Shown: one piece after another, positions 41,887 to 53,678 of the stretch | Numbering within the stretch: the first letter of the stretch is position 1 | How the letters are laid out: each line of letters starts with the position of its first letter | Assembly (NCBI GenBank): GCA_030390025.1 | Contig: CM059432.1 | Coordinates: 105,526,001-105,590,000 of the forward strand | Source of the DNA: Squalus acanthias | Taxonomy: Eukaryota | Reading direction: 5' to 3' | DNA: 64,000 bases | The notes under the pieces: generated by a model | The model's database searches: none | Seen by the model: only the letters and a program-made list of their open reading frames with translations | What the model was told of the DNA's origin: nothing | Made by a program: the position numbers and the translations under genes

Positions 41887-44711
41887 ACAGAAGTACATAA
41901 GAACATAAGAAATAGGAGCAGGAATAGGCCACTTGGCCCCTCGAGCCTGCTCTGCCATTCAATAAGATCATGGCTGATCTTGAGCTCAAAGCCACTTCCC
42001 TGCCCGCTCCCCATAACCTTTCACTCCCTTATCTTGCAAAAATCTGTCTATCTCCACCTTAAATGTATTTAATGACCCAGCCTCCATGGCTCTCTGGGGC
42101 AGAGAATTCCACAGATTTACGACCCTCTGAGAGAAGAAATTCCTCCTCATCTCAGTTCTAAAAGGGCGACCAATTATTCTGAATCTATGCCCCTGAGTTC
42201 TAGATTTCCCCACGAGGTGAAACATCCTCTCTGCATCTACCTTGTCGTGCCCCCTCAGTATCTTATGGGGGAGAAATTCAGTATCGCCCCATTTGGGGTG
42301 CAATTATCGGCCGGGCGCTAAGATTAGCGCCTGGCGCTAATTATCGCCACCGACTGCAAACTTGACTTTTATCGCCCCTGGAGGTGATTGGAGCGCTAAA
42401 TCAGGCGCTTCACACCTGTCTTAAGGCGCAAAGGCCGAGGAGCGAGGCGCTACCTCAGAGCGCTGGCGAAGCTCATGTGATGTCAGTCAGCAATGGAACA
42501 CACACACAATGGCACCGGCCAGTTCTTAAAGGGGATGGTTGATCTTGCTTTCCATCCACATCCTGCTCATTGCAGCCTTGAATCCCGGCCTGGAGAGACC
42601 TGCACATCAAATCTGCTGGAAAGAACAATGGAGAGTACCAGGGAAAGAGCTTAGAGTGCAGCCCCCACAGTCTCTTTTAAATCGATACAAGGAATGGCAA
42701 ATCAAAATGAACCTGCAAAGTGTTGCTCAGTACCCAAAACTCCTTCACACAGCGTTGAATCTCTCCAGAAGTCTCTCTCTCTCTCTCTCTCTCTCAGAAT
42801 GCGTGGTTCAAAAATGGCACCAACAATAAAAGGCAGGAAGCAGTCGCCTTTAAATAGCGCTCCCCCAGTCCCTTCATGACTGCAAAACGCTCCCCTCAAC
42901 CTGTCGTTGCTAGCGTCAGGCGGTAAGGCAGGCGGCGCCACTCAATATCTGTTCCGGGACGATACCGGGGCGTTGCGCACTCGACTGACGTCACGATCTG
43001 CCGGCGCAGGAGATCGTGGCGGTAGTGTTTAGCGCCGCCGCAAAATGTCTAGTTAATTTCGCGAGCGGCGCAAACATCACAGCGCCTGGGCGCTAGATGC
43101 TTTGCGCCCCATTAGCGCCCTCTTAAGGCGCTAACGGGAGGCGCAACCAACTGAATTTTTCCCCCTATATGTTTCAATAAGATCGCCTCTCATTCTTCTA
43201 AGTTCCAATGAATATACGCCCAGCCTGCTCAACCTTTCTTCATAAGTCAAACCCCTCATCTCATGAATCAACCGTGTGAATCATCTCTGAACTGCTTCCA
43301 ATGCAAGTATATCCTTCCTTAAATAAGGAGACCAAAACTGTATGCAGTACTCAAGGTGTGGTCTCTCCAATACCCTGTACAGCTGCAGCAGGACTTCCCT
43401 GCCTTTATACTCCAACCCCCTTGCAAAAAAGGCCAACATTCCATTTGCCTTTTTGATTACTTGCTGTACCTGCATGCTAACTTTTTGTGTTTCATGCACA
43501 AGGACCCCCAGGTCCCTCTGAACTGTAGCATTTTGTAATCTCTCTCCATTTAAATAATAATTTGCTTTTTAATTTTTCCTGCCAAAGTGGATAACCTCAC
43601 ACTTTCCCACATTATACTCCATCTGCCAAACATTTGTCCACTCACTTAGCCTGTCTATATCCCTTTGCAGATTCTTTGAGTCCTCTGCACAACTTGCTTT
43701 CCCACCCATCTTTGTATCATCTGCAAACTTGGCTACATTACACTCGGTCCCTTCATCCAAGTCATTAATGTAGATTGTAAATAGTTGAGGCCCCAGCACC
43801 GATCCCTGTGGCACCCCACTAGTTACCGTTTGCCAACCGGAAAATGACCCATTTATCCCGACTCTCTGCTTTCTGTTAGTTAACCAATTCTCTATCCATG
43901 CTGATATATTACCCCCAACACCGTGAGCTCTTATCTTATGCAGTAACCTTTTATGTGGCACCTTATCGAATGCCTTCTGGAAATCCAAATACACCACATC
44001 CACTGGTTCACCCTTATCCACCCTGCTCGTTACATCCTCAAAGAACTCAAGCAAATTTGTTAAACATGATTTCCCTTTCATAAAACCATGCTGACTCTGC
44101 TTGACTGCATTATGATTTTCCAAATGCCCTGCTACTACTTCCTTAATGAAGGACTCCAGCATTTTCCCAACGACAGATGTTAAGCTAACTGGTCTATAGG
44201 TTCCGGCTTTCTGTCTTCCTCCTTTCTTAAATAGGGGTGTTATATTTGCGGTTTTCCAATCCGCTGGGACCTCTCCAGAGTCCAGGGAATTTTGGTATAT
44301 TGCAACCAATGCATCCACTATCTCTGCAGCCACTTCTTTTAAGACCCTGGGATGCAGGCCATCTGGTCCAGGGGACTTGTCGTCTTTTAGCCCCATTATT
44401 TTACCAAGTACTTTTTCCTTAGTGATAGTGATTGTCTTTAGTTCCTCCCTCCCTGTGGCCCCTTGATTATCCATTATTGGGATGTTGTTAGTGTCTTCTA
44501 CCGTGAAGACAGATACAAAATATTTGTTCAGAGTCTCTGCCATTTCCCCGTTCCCCATTATTAATTCCCCATTCTCATCCTCTAAGGGACCAATGTTTAC
44601 TTTAGCTACTCTCTTCCTTTTTATATACCTGTAGAATCTCTTACTTTCTGTTTTAATATTTCTTGCCAGTTTACTCTCATAATTCATCTTCTCTCTCTTT
44701 ATTATTTTTTA
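41887..44711 (-). mobile_element. 5'-truncated CR1 (RT to tail) containing MITE copy 4
   Basis: 372-aa RT ORF at 43569-44687, tail at about 41893-41910, AGGA duplicated at 41883-41886 and 44712-44715. Confidence 0.9.
42267..43165. mobile_element. ~0.9-kb Harbinger-type non-autonomous element, copy 4
   Basis: TIRs GGGGGAGAAATTCAGT and ACTGAATTTTTCCCCC, TSD TAT. Confidence 0.9.
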
Positions 44712-45885
44712 AGGAGAAATTTCTTTACTCAGAGGGTGGTGAATCTTTGGAATTCTCTACCCCACAGGGCTGTGGAGGCTCAGTTGTTGAGTATATTCAA
44801 GACAGAGAGCAATAGATTTTTGAATATTAAGGGAATCAAGGGATATGGGGATAGTGCAGGAAAGTGGAGTTGAGGTAAAAGATCAGCCATGATCTTATTG
44901 AATGGCGGAGCAGGCTCGAAGGGCCGAATGGCCGACTCCTGTTCCTATTTCTTATGTTCTTAAGTGTTTAGCCTTTTAGCCTTCAGAGAGTCTGAAATTT
45001 AAATATTGAAAAAACAAATCTAAGTCAAAAGCTAAAGTCTGAATTTGAATACTCAAATTGCAGTAAAGGTAGGCTACATATAGTGAAAGCACTATTCCCG
45101 GCCAGAATGGAAAGAATTGAGTCATTCCCCCATCAATCAAGCCTGGAGACCGCACTGCTGCAAGTGACTGGAATTGATTTGATACACATAATTTCTATGG
45201 AGAAATCTCCCTGCTTTTAGCAGGAGATGTTACTGTAGTTTTAGTCATTAGTTCTGTTTTCTGTAGTTTGTAGTGACTCTTTTTAAATAGATTCTGTAGA
45301 CTGGTTGCTGTAGTGTGCTGTTTGAATAGGTGCTGTTTGCTGAGTAAATAGACTTTATTTGTTGTAAAATAGACTGTTTACTATGAGTCCTGCTGTAAGT
45401 CCCACCCTGACAGTGGTGTCAATTGACACTCTGGTAAAGCTGATTGTTTGTCGGTCTCCTTATGGTAGTTGAACCGATTATAATTATACTGATTATAAGT
45501 AATGAATAAAAACCATCCCCTGGTTTGACTTGTACTGCATGGGTGCTTCACACTTCCCCTTCTCCCACAGACTACCAGAGATAAACATAAGGTATCACCA
45601 CAAAATGAATCTCCTTCTCCATTATTAGGTATTAAACACTTTAACAATTCTTAACTCACTCCACCAAAACGAAAAACTACATACCAACCATTGGTTCAAG
45701 ATACTGCTAGGGAACCACCGGTGGGTAAGATTTTTTTTAATTTACAAATTAATTTAAATGAAAAAAAACTTATGTCACTGTAGCTGCAGCCACAGATGAC
45801 TGCTCACCCAAAAATCACCTTGATTTCAGAAAAGCCAGTGGCAAGATAAGGAAAATAGCAACCTGCATTTACAGAGGCAGATTTT

Positions 45886-47745
45886 CATAGAATCATAGAA
45901 TCATTGAAAGTTACAGCACGGACGGAGGCCATTTTGGCCCATCGTGTCCGCGCCGGCCAACAAAGAGCTATCCAGCCTAATCCCACTTCCCAGCTCTTGG
46001 TCCGTAGCACTGCGGGTTACAGCATCCCAAGTGCACATCCAAGTACTTTTTAAATGTGGTTAGGGTTTCTGCCTCTACCACCCTTTCAGGCAGTGAGTTC
46101 CTGACCCCCACAACCCTCTGGGTGAATACACTTCCCCTCAAATCCCCTCTAAACCTTCCACCAATTTCTTTAAATCTGTGCCCCCTGGTTTTTGACCCCT
46201 CTGCTAAGGGAAATAGGTCCTTTCTATCCACTTTATCTCGGCCCCTCATAATTTTATACACCTCAATAAGGTCTCCTCTCAGCCTCCTCTGTTCCAAGGA
46301 AAACAAACCCAGCCTATCCAGTCTTTCCTCATAGCTAAGATTCTCTACTCCCGGCAACATCCTTGTAAATCTCCTCTGTACCCTCTCTAGTGCAATCACA
46401 TCTTTCCTGTAATGTGGTGACCAGAACTGCACGCAGTACTCTAGCTGAGGCCTAACTAGTGTTTTATACAGTTGAAGCATAAACCCCCTGTTCTTGTATT
46501 CTATGCCATGGCTAATAAAGGCAAGCATTCCGTATGCCTTCTTAATCACCTTATCTACCTGGCCTGCTACCTTCAGGGATCTGTGAACATGCACTCCAAG
46601 GTCCCTTTGTTCCTCTACACTACTCATTATCCTACCATTTAATGTGTATTCCCTTTCCTTGTTAGCCCTCCCCAAATGCATTACCTCACACTTCTCCTGA
46701 TTGAATTCTATTTGCTACTGTTCTGCCCACCTGACCAATTTATTGATATCTTCCTGCAGTCTACAGCTTCCTTCTTCAGTATCAACCACACAGCCGATTT
46801 TAGTATCATCTGCAAACTTCTTAATCATACCCACTATATTCAAGCCTAGATCATTGATATATACCACAAAAAGCAAGGGACCTAGTACTGAGCCCTGCGG
46901 AACCCCACTGGAAACAGCCTTCCAGTCACAAAAACACCCATCAACCATTACCCTCTGCTTCCTGCCTCCGAGCCAGTTTTGAATCCAACTTGACACTTTG
47001 CCCTGGATCCCATGGGCTTTTAACATCGTGACCAGTCTGCCATGTGAAACTTATCAAAAGCCTTGCTAAAGTCCATATACACTACATCAAATGCACTACC
47101 CTCATCTACCCTCCTTGTTACCGCCTCAAAAAATTCAATCAAGTTTGTCAGACACGACCTTCCCTTAACAAATCCGTGCTGACTATCCTTGATTAATCTG
47201 TGTCTTTCTAAATGAAGATTTATCCTGTCCTTCCGAATTCTTTCCAATAATTTTCCCTCCACCGAGGTTAGGCTGACTGGCCTGTAATTACTCAGTCTAT
47301 CCTTTTCTCCCCTTTTAAACAAGGGTACCACATTAGCAGTCCTCCAGTCCTCTGGCACCACACCTGAAGCCAGAGAGGATTGAAAAATGATGGTCAGGGC
47401 CTCTGCAATTTCCTCTTTTGCTTCGCTTAACAGCCTGGGATACATTTCATCTGGGCCTGGGGATTTATCCACTTTTAAAGCTGCTAAACCCCTTAATACT
47501 TCCTCTCTCACTATGTTTATTTCATCTAATATTTCACACTCCTCCCCCCCGATAGCAATGTCTGCTTCGCCCCTCTCCTTTGTGAAAACAGACGCAAAGT
47601 ATTCAGTAAGAACTCTACCAACGTCTCCCGCCTCCACACACAGATTACCCTCATGATCTCTAATAGGCCCTACCCTTTCTTTAGTTATCCTCTTACTCTT
47701 AATATATTTATAAAACCTCTTTGGGTTTTCCTTGATTTTACTTGT
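45886..47745 (-). mobile_element. 5'-truncated CR1 ORF2 and 3' end, frameshifted
   Basis: RT pieces 47020-47637, 46715-47026 and 45977-46681; (ATTCTATG)n tail at about 45886-45903. Confidence 0.9.
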
Positions 47746-47847
47746 CTTCCTTTACTTCAGTAGCGTTTTTTTCCTACAATAGACAACCAACCCAAGCTCC
47801 AAGGATCAGAATTAGGCTAAATTTGCAAACTTCCCCAACCTACTACA

Positions 47848-48245
47848 GATAGGGAGTGCTACATTGTCGGAAGTGCTGTCTTTTGGATGAGATGTTAAAC
47901 CAAGGCCCTGCCTACTGCTCATGTCGACATAAAAGATCTCATGGCACTAAGTAAAACCTATGGTTCTGGTCAACATTTATCCCTCAACCAACATCACCTG
48001 ACGAAGGGGCAGCAGCTCCGAAAGCTTGTGATTTCAAATAAAACTGTTGGACTATAACCTGGTGTTGTGCGACTTCTCACATCAGAACAAAATAGGAAAT
48101 TATCTGGTCATGTATGTCATTGCTGTTTTGGAGACCTTGTTCTGTGCAAATTGGCTGCTGTGTTTCCCTACATTATAGCAGTGACCACACTGCACATAGC
48201 TTTATCGGTTATGAAGTGCTTTGGGAGATCCTGAGGACATGAAAG
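47848..48245 (+). mobile_element. Deu-domain SINE (SacSINE1/AmnSINE-like) interrupted by a hammerhead insert
   Basis: AGGGAGTGCT..GATGAGATGTTAAACC..AAAAGATCTCATGGCACTA..TTTATCCCTCAACCAACATC core and an L2-like tail. Homologous to 52635-52965. Confidence 0.75.
47997..48078 (+). mobile_element. 82-bp Penelope A hammerhead-containing insert
   Basis: CTGACGA..GAAAGCTT with stem I ATCAC/GTGAT. Flanked by ACATCA at 47991-47996 and 48079-48084. Confidence 0.75.
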
Positions 48246-49892
48246 GTTCCATTAAAAAAATCCTTTTTTTCCTTCAGGCCTCAAAATCATATGACTTTAG
48301 TTATAGGTTTGAATCCAAGGACTGCTTGACCTATTGTTTAGGGTGATAAGTTTTGGTAGTTTGAAAGCAGACTGTCTTTGCACCAAATGTGGTTTTTATT
48401 TGCAGATATTTTGGAAATCCTAAATAAACCAACTGGAAGGCCCTTTGTTGAACTTGTTACAGAACTATGCCACACCAAAGTAGACTGAGTAATGTACTGC
48501 ACAGATCAAGAAGTGCATTGAGACAATTGTGACCTTTGCATGATATGATAACTATTTGCTGAGGATGTGGGAGTGATACTGTGGAATTTGCAGTTAAAAC
48601 CTCCCTAATATATTACCATTGCTTTTATTCACTCATTTTCACAATTTAATTACATACCTTTTAAAAATCAGTAAGGTACAGAATCATTTATACTTTTCAG
48701 AACCTGCAAACTGTAAGCCAATGAGCCAATACTTTTATAATGGCAAAAAAAGAAATACATTTCAATCACTTGAAGGAGTGTTATTTATTTTAACCATTTA
48801 TATACATTTATAAATCAATACAGAAGAGGCTTTGTCCTTACCCAATACCAAAATAGTGCTTAGAGTGCAAACATTTGGGCTAATATATCTTTGACTTCTT
48901 TTTCTAAAATGTATTTCCAGACAAATTATGACCTACTTCTTCAGTGCTGATTGTTACTAGCAGCTTTGAAAATATTGAATGTGATCTCTAAAATTAAACT
49001 GTGAATCAAATATTATAAAGAACAAGTGGAGAATTGTAGAACATTTAAAAATGTACATTATCTCACAATAAACCAGCTAATTATAATCTTGTTCCTTTCT
49101 TTTAATTTAATGCCAAAATGTTCCTGTAGCCCTGGTGATAGCTAAACTACAGAACCCTGCAGAGTGAATGTGTGAGCTAGTCATTTATTTATGTGTCCAC
49201 TAGCCAGTGAATTTCCCTGATTGCAAATTATTTCCTGACAAACCTACAGCAATTACATTGCAGTCGTGAATGATGTGTCAGTGACATGGAGCTCATAAGC
49301 AGTTGATATCTGTACAGATAGATAAAGAAGTGGCTTTGTGGTCTTCACACAAAAGAGTAACCACTATGAGGAGGTGTCATTGTAACTGTATCTGTTTGCA
49401 GTTAAGATTCACATAATATATGTGGGTCACTTACATTCACACGAAATTCATTCAATCATTTTCAGAATAACTTGTTCTTGTTATAAGGTTTCTTAAAATC
49501 TGAAAACTCATGCCAATATTGCAAAATACTGCCAGCACCAAAACCCTGCAAACTAATTAAAACTATCCAAGTAACTAAAACCTCTCATACTTCAAAAAAG
49601 ACATGAGGGAGTGACTTCCAGTTAGTAACCTTAGGGACATTTTCTTTCATTCATTAATGTTAGTGCTAAAGTCAGCATGAGTATAAAATATAAAAACCAG
49701 TTTTACATTCCTGCTGACTTTCTAGCAAATGGAGGAAATATTTCTCTCTAATCAGGGAATTCATGTAAACTGCTAAAGGTTTGCTTTTTTCAGTTCACTA
49801 TGTCATGATTATGTGGAGATGGCTGAGATTCCCTACTTATGCCACATATGATTTCAAGAACTTTAATAAAATAGTATTCATATAATATATAA

Positions 49893-50118
49893 AATGAAAA
49901 CAGAAAATGCTGGAAATACTCAGCAGGCCAGGCAGCATCTGTGGAGAAACAGAGTTAACGTTTCAGGTCGATGATGACCTTATGTCAGAAGTTCTATCAT
50001 CGGCCTGAAACGTTAACTCTGTTTCTCGCTCCACAGATGCTGCCTGACCTGCTGAGTATTTCCAGCATTTTCTGTTTTTATTTCAAATTTCCAGCATCTG
50101 CAGTATTTTGCTTTTGTA
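49893..50118. mobile_element. Penelope B-related inverted pair of pseudo-LTR ends (fold-back)
   Basis: AAAACAGAAAATGCTGGAAATACTCAGCAGG..GTTAACGTTTCAGG is the reverse complement of CCTGAAACGTTAAC..CTGCTGAGTATTTCCAGCATTTTCTGTTTT. Confidence 0.78.
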
Positions 50119-51044
50119 TTAGTGTTCATATAACCTCTTGAGAATAATTGAGGTTAAAATTCATGAATCATCCTTGCTCATGGGAGTATTTATGTGGTGT
50201 GACTTGTCCTGCATAGGAACATAAATAATATTTCATCATTCTCCACAAAACATCCTTTTTTATACTTGCTGCTTCTAGAATAATTCCCAAGCTTTATACA
50301 TTTTCAAGACTCAGTGGTTTTTAGTTTAGGACTTTACTCCAGTGAGTAAGGAGACTGCACAAACTCCCCACACTAGAATTTCCTAAAGATTTTGCAATAG
50401 TGCATGAGGGATAGGCTGGTAATAACAATGTTGATATGATTGCAAGAGCAGGTAAAGTTTAGAGAAAACATGGGCCCTGATTTTAACTGCAAGTGGATTC
50501 CCTGCTCAGGCATGGGTTAAAATTACAGTCAAGTTTCAATGATATAATTGAGCCACAACATGCAGATGTAAAGAAGGACCCTGTTGGCTCTGGCCGCGTG
50601 TCCTTGCTACCTCCTCAGGAGACCAGGTTAAAATTGCAGATGTTGCCATCATGGCAGCTTTTGGACAGGTAAGAACCAGGGCAATTTTAACTGCCCACAT
50701 GCCAGATTTCTGCTGCGCGAGTAGGGTTAAAATCGCCAAGAAGACAACAGTTTGTCCTAGTAAGACCAGGCGGCACTGTTTTCTTCCACAATACTGTGTT
50801 CCTCGACTGGACATGGCTACTGTCACACTTAACACTGCACCTCATAACCTTACTGTTACTATTAGAGATACAACACTGTGCTACTGGTTAAATTCGAGGT
50901 CACCCAGTAACACATGATTCTGTGCAGTCACTTCACTTCAGGAAAATACTCAACTGTACTTTCTTTCTGATATCTCTTTTCCGTTTCATGCATCGCTTCT
51001 CGCTTTTATCTCTTCTTTCTTGCTTTTTCTTTTGTTCACAATTT

Positions 51045-51165
51045 GGGTGTAATTTTGACTCTGGGTGATGGTGTAAAACGGGTGATATTGATTCAGCCAC
51101 TGATTGAAGTCAAAGGAGAGAAGTATAATGGGTGAATTGATATCACCCAGAGTTGAAATTACCCC
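51045..51165. mobile_element. Small hairpin MITE
   Basis: Imperfect ~24-bp TIRs GGGTGTAATTTTGACTCTGGGTGAT and ATCACCCAGAGTTGAAATTACCCC. Confidence 0.5.
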
Positions 51166-52529
51166 AACTCTTTTTGGTTAAAGACATAACCTACTTCAAT
51201 GGATGCCATTCCAAAAAGAATCCCAGTTCATTGCATGCTCACTTTTTTAAATGATTTTGCTTTGGAATCTATGATATTTATCTATCTATGTATCCTTCTT
51301 TGCTCTAGCCGTCTCCTCTACTTATTGCTTGTTATTTTCCCTTGACCGTAGCGATTACTAACTAAACTCCTCCACTTATTAAAAGTTACTTTATAGTACA
51401 TAAGAGCAGCAGAGCTGTACCTATGATAAACCTTTGGGTGGTGGTGGTGCGAAGAGAGTTCAGGGTGGGATTTGAGGGGTGTTGGGGATGGGGGTTGGGG
51501 GGGGGGTGGGGGGGAGTTGAGTATTTAATGGTACAGTATTGTTGAACTTGCCATGTGCAATGTTTTCTATTACCCCTCAGAGGTATATTTCTCTCTCTGT
51601 CTGTTTGACTAGCAGGAAATAGATCTTTATGAAATCTAGATCTAATGATGTGCATGTATGGGCACTCCATTTGTTCTCATGGAGCATTGTCACTGTTCTG
51701 AAGAAGTATGAGTCAGACATTTATTAGAAATCAAAACATATAAAATGGCCAGGATACATCTCATGTTATTTGTAAAGACAGCAAACAAAAGGTGTATCCA
51801 ACATTACCCGTTTATACTATTGCCAACAGTTAAAATTACCCCCAGTCTATTTAACCGGTCTATCTTCTTAGAAGATGCAACCAATGACATGTTTCCCTTC
51901 ACGATATTTCCCCGATGGGAACATGAAGAGAGCTAAGTTACTTGCCCTTACAACCTTCCTTGGTAAGATATTCCAAAAGCCAACCAGCCTCTGTGAAGTA
52001 ATGCTTTCTTATGGCCTGCCATTAATTGAAAGAATCCAGTTTATGTTCAGTGGCTATCAATAAAGCTAATCAGGATACTCAAAGACAATTGATTAAAAGT
52101 TGAAACCAGTAATTAATCCCATGACACCCATTGGTAAGGCCACATTTGAAATATTTTATGCAATTTTAGCTGCTCTTCTTTACATTGAGGGTTAATCTGT
52201 GCCAAGGACCTTGAGGCATAACTATGGCCCTTCGAAGTTATGCATCCTATTTTCTAGCGACTGACTCATAAAATGGCCTGTGACAGCATAGTCAACAATC
52301 ACTGGCTCCTCGATGACAGGGGTATTCAACCTTTTGGAGCAGGGGTGTCTGGATTCACAATCAGTGAATGGGTTGCATATGATTACACAAAAAGGGAGAC
52401 CACCATACACCAACAATTCATGATCCCCATATAATAAAAATCTAAGACCCCTTACACATACAAACCACCCAAACACCAAAAATACAAGACTAGAAAATGC
52501 AAAATATCTAAGCCCCATAAACAAAATTC

Positions 52530-52968
52530 CTTGGGTCAGTGGTAGCACTCTCACTTTTGTGTCAAAAGGTTGTGGCTGCATGCCCCACTCCCGAGTTTTA
52601 AGTATATAATCTAGGCTGACACTTCAGTGTAGTACAGAGGGAGTGCTGTACTCTCAGAAGTGCCATCTTTCAGGTGAGACATTAAACTGAGGCCATATCT
52701 GCCCTTTCAGGTGGATGTAAAAAATCCCATGGTACTATTTTGAAGAGATGGGGAATTCACCCCAAGTCCTGGGCAATATTTATCCCTCAATCAACATCAC
52801 TAAAACAAATGATTTGGTAATTTCTCTCTTTGCTGTTTCTGGTATCTTGCCATGTGAAATTTTGCTGCCGTGTTTCCCTACATTACAACAGTGACTAAAT
52901 TTCAAAAGTACTTAATTGGCTGTGAAATGCTGTGGGATTTCCTGAGGTTGTGAAAGGCGCTATAAAAA
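52530..52968 (+). mobile_element. Deu-domain SINE, near full length
   Basis: tRNA-like head GGTCAGTGGTAGCACTCTC, Deu core, L2-like tail GAGGTTGTGAAAGGCGCTATA. Confidence 0.78.
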
Positions 52969-53542
52969 AGTTATTTTTCTTTCTTCTCCTAAACTTGTCT
53001 GACTGCCTCTATCCACTTGTCTTTCTGCTCTTTATTTTCTGGCCTGGTCTTGTCTGGTCTGCTCCCCCGCCGTCTGCTGTTCTCTACCATCAGGCCTGGT
53101 CTGGTCCACTGCCACCTTACTCTCAATTGCTCCCTCCCTGCTGCCTTTTTTCCCCTCGCTCTTCCGTTGGTTCTGCCGCAACAACTGCCTCTGGGTCTAC
53201 CACAAGGTTTTAACAGGATGAAGTTCGATCTTCAGCTCTTTAACTTCTCCAGGCCTGAAGGACTGGAAAAAACTGCTCAGTCATTGGTCTAAATCTAACA
53301 ATTGGGGAGCAGCCTTTTCTAATCCTCCAGGCTTGGGAAGTTCAAAGAGCTAAGGCTAAGCAAAAGCAGAAGCTGTCATTGGTCGCAATCTCAGAAAGAA
53401 GAAAGGAACCATGTGCACAGTAGACAGCTTGCAGGCCGAATTTGACTTGTGGACCACATCTTGGATATCCCCACTCTGTGACACGTAACCTATGAAATAG
53501 TGAACCTACCTAATCTTTTATAAATCCTATTCAATATATTAA

Positions 53543-53675
53543 GGTAACGAAGGGTCATCGACCTGAAATGTTAACTCTGTTTCTCTCTCCACAGATGCTG
53601 CCTGACCTGCTGAGTATTTCCAGCATTTTCTGTTTTTATTTCAGATTTCCAGTATCCGCAGTATTTTGCTTTTAT
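53543..53675 (+). mobile_element. Penelope B-related pseudo-LTR end
   Basis: GGTCATCGACCTGAAATGTTAACTCTGTTTCTCTCTCCACAGATGCTGCC, shared with 18410-18485 and 49995-50110. Confidence 0.75.
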
Positions 53676-53678
53676 ATT

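Larger units (their letters stand above)
26277..44962 (+). mobile_element. Full-length CR1 LINE broken by nested insertions (pieces 26277-26735, 28115-29763, 31148-31569, 40427-41886, 44712-44962)
   Basis: ORF1 starts at 26552 (CRNCSMWE..CSKC) with esterase pieces to 28840. ORF2 LNARSIRNK starts near 29045 and rejoins across inserts (LKG|TTVDKQW, NKYF|VSVFT). Tail TTCTTATG at about 44950-44962. Confidence 0.82.

Noticed and set aside
45228..45587. TG..CA-bounded segment with AATAAA, possible solo LTR
   Set aside because: No TSD and no second copy in the window, so it cannot be supported.
51466..51515. G-rich tract with G-quadruplex potential
   Set aside because: Low-complexity run with no functional context.
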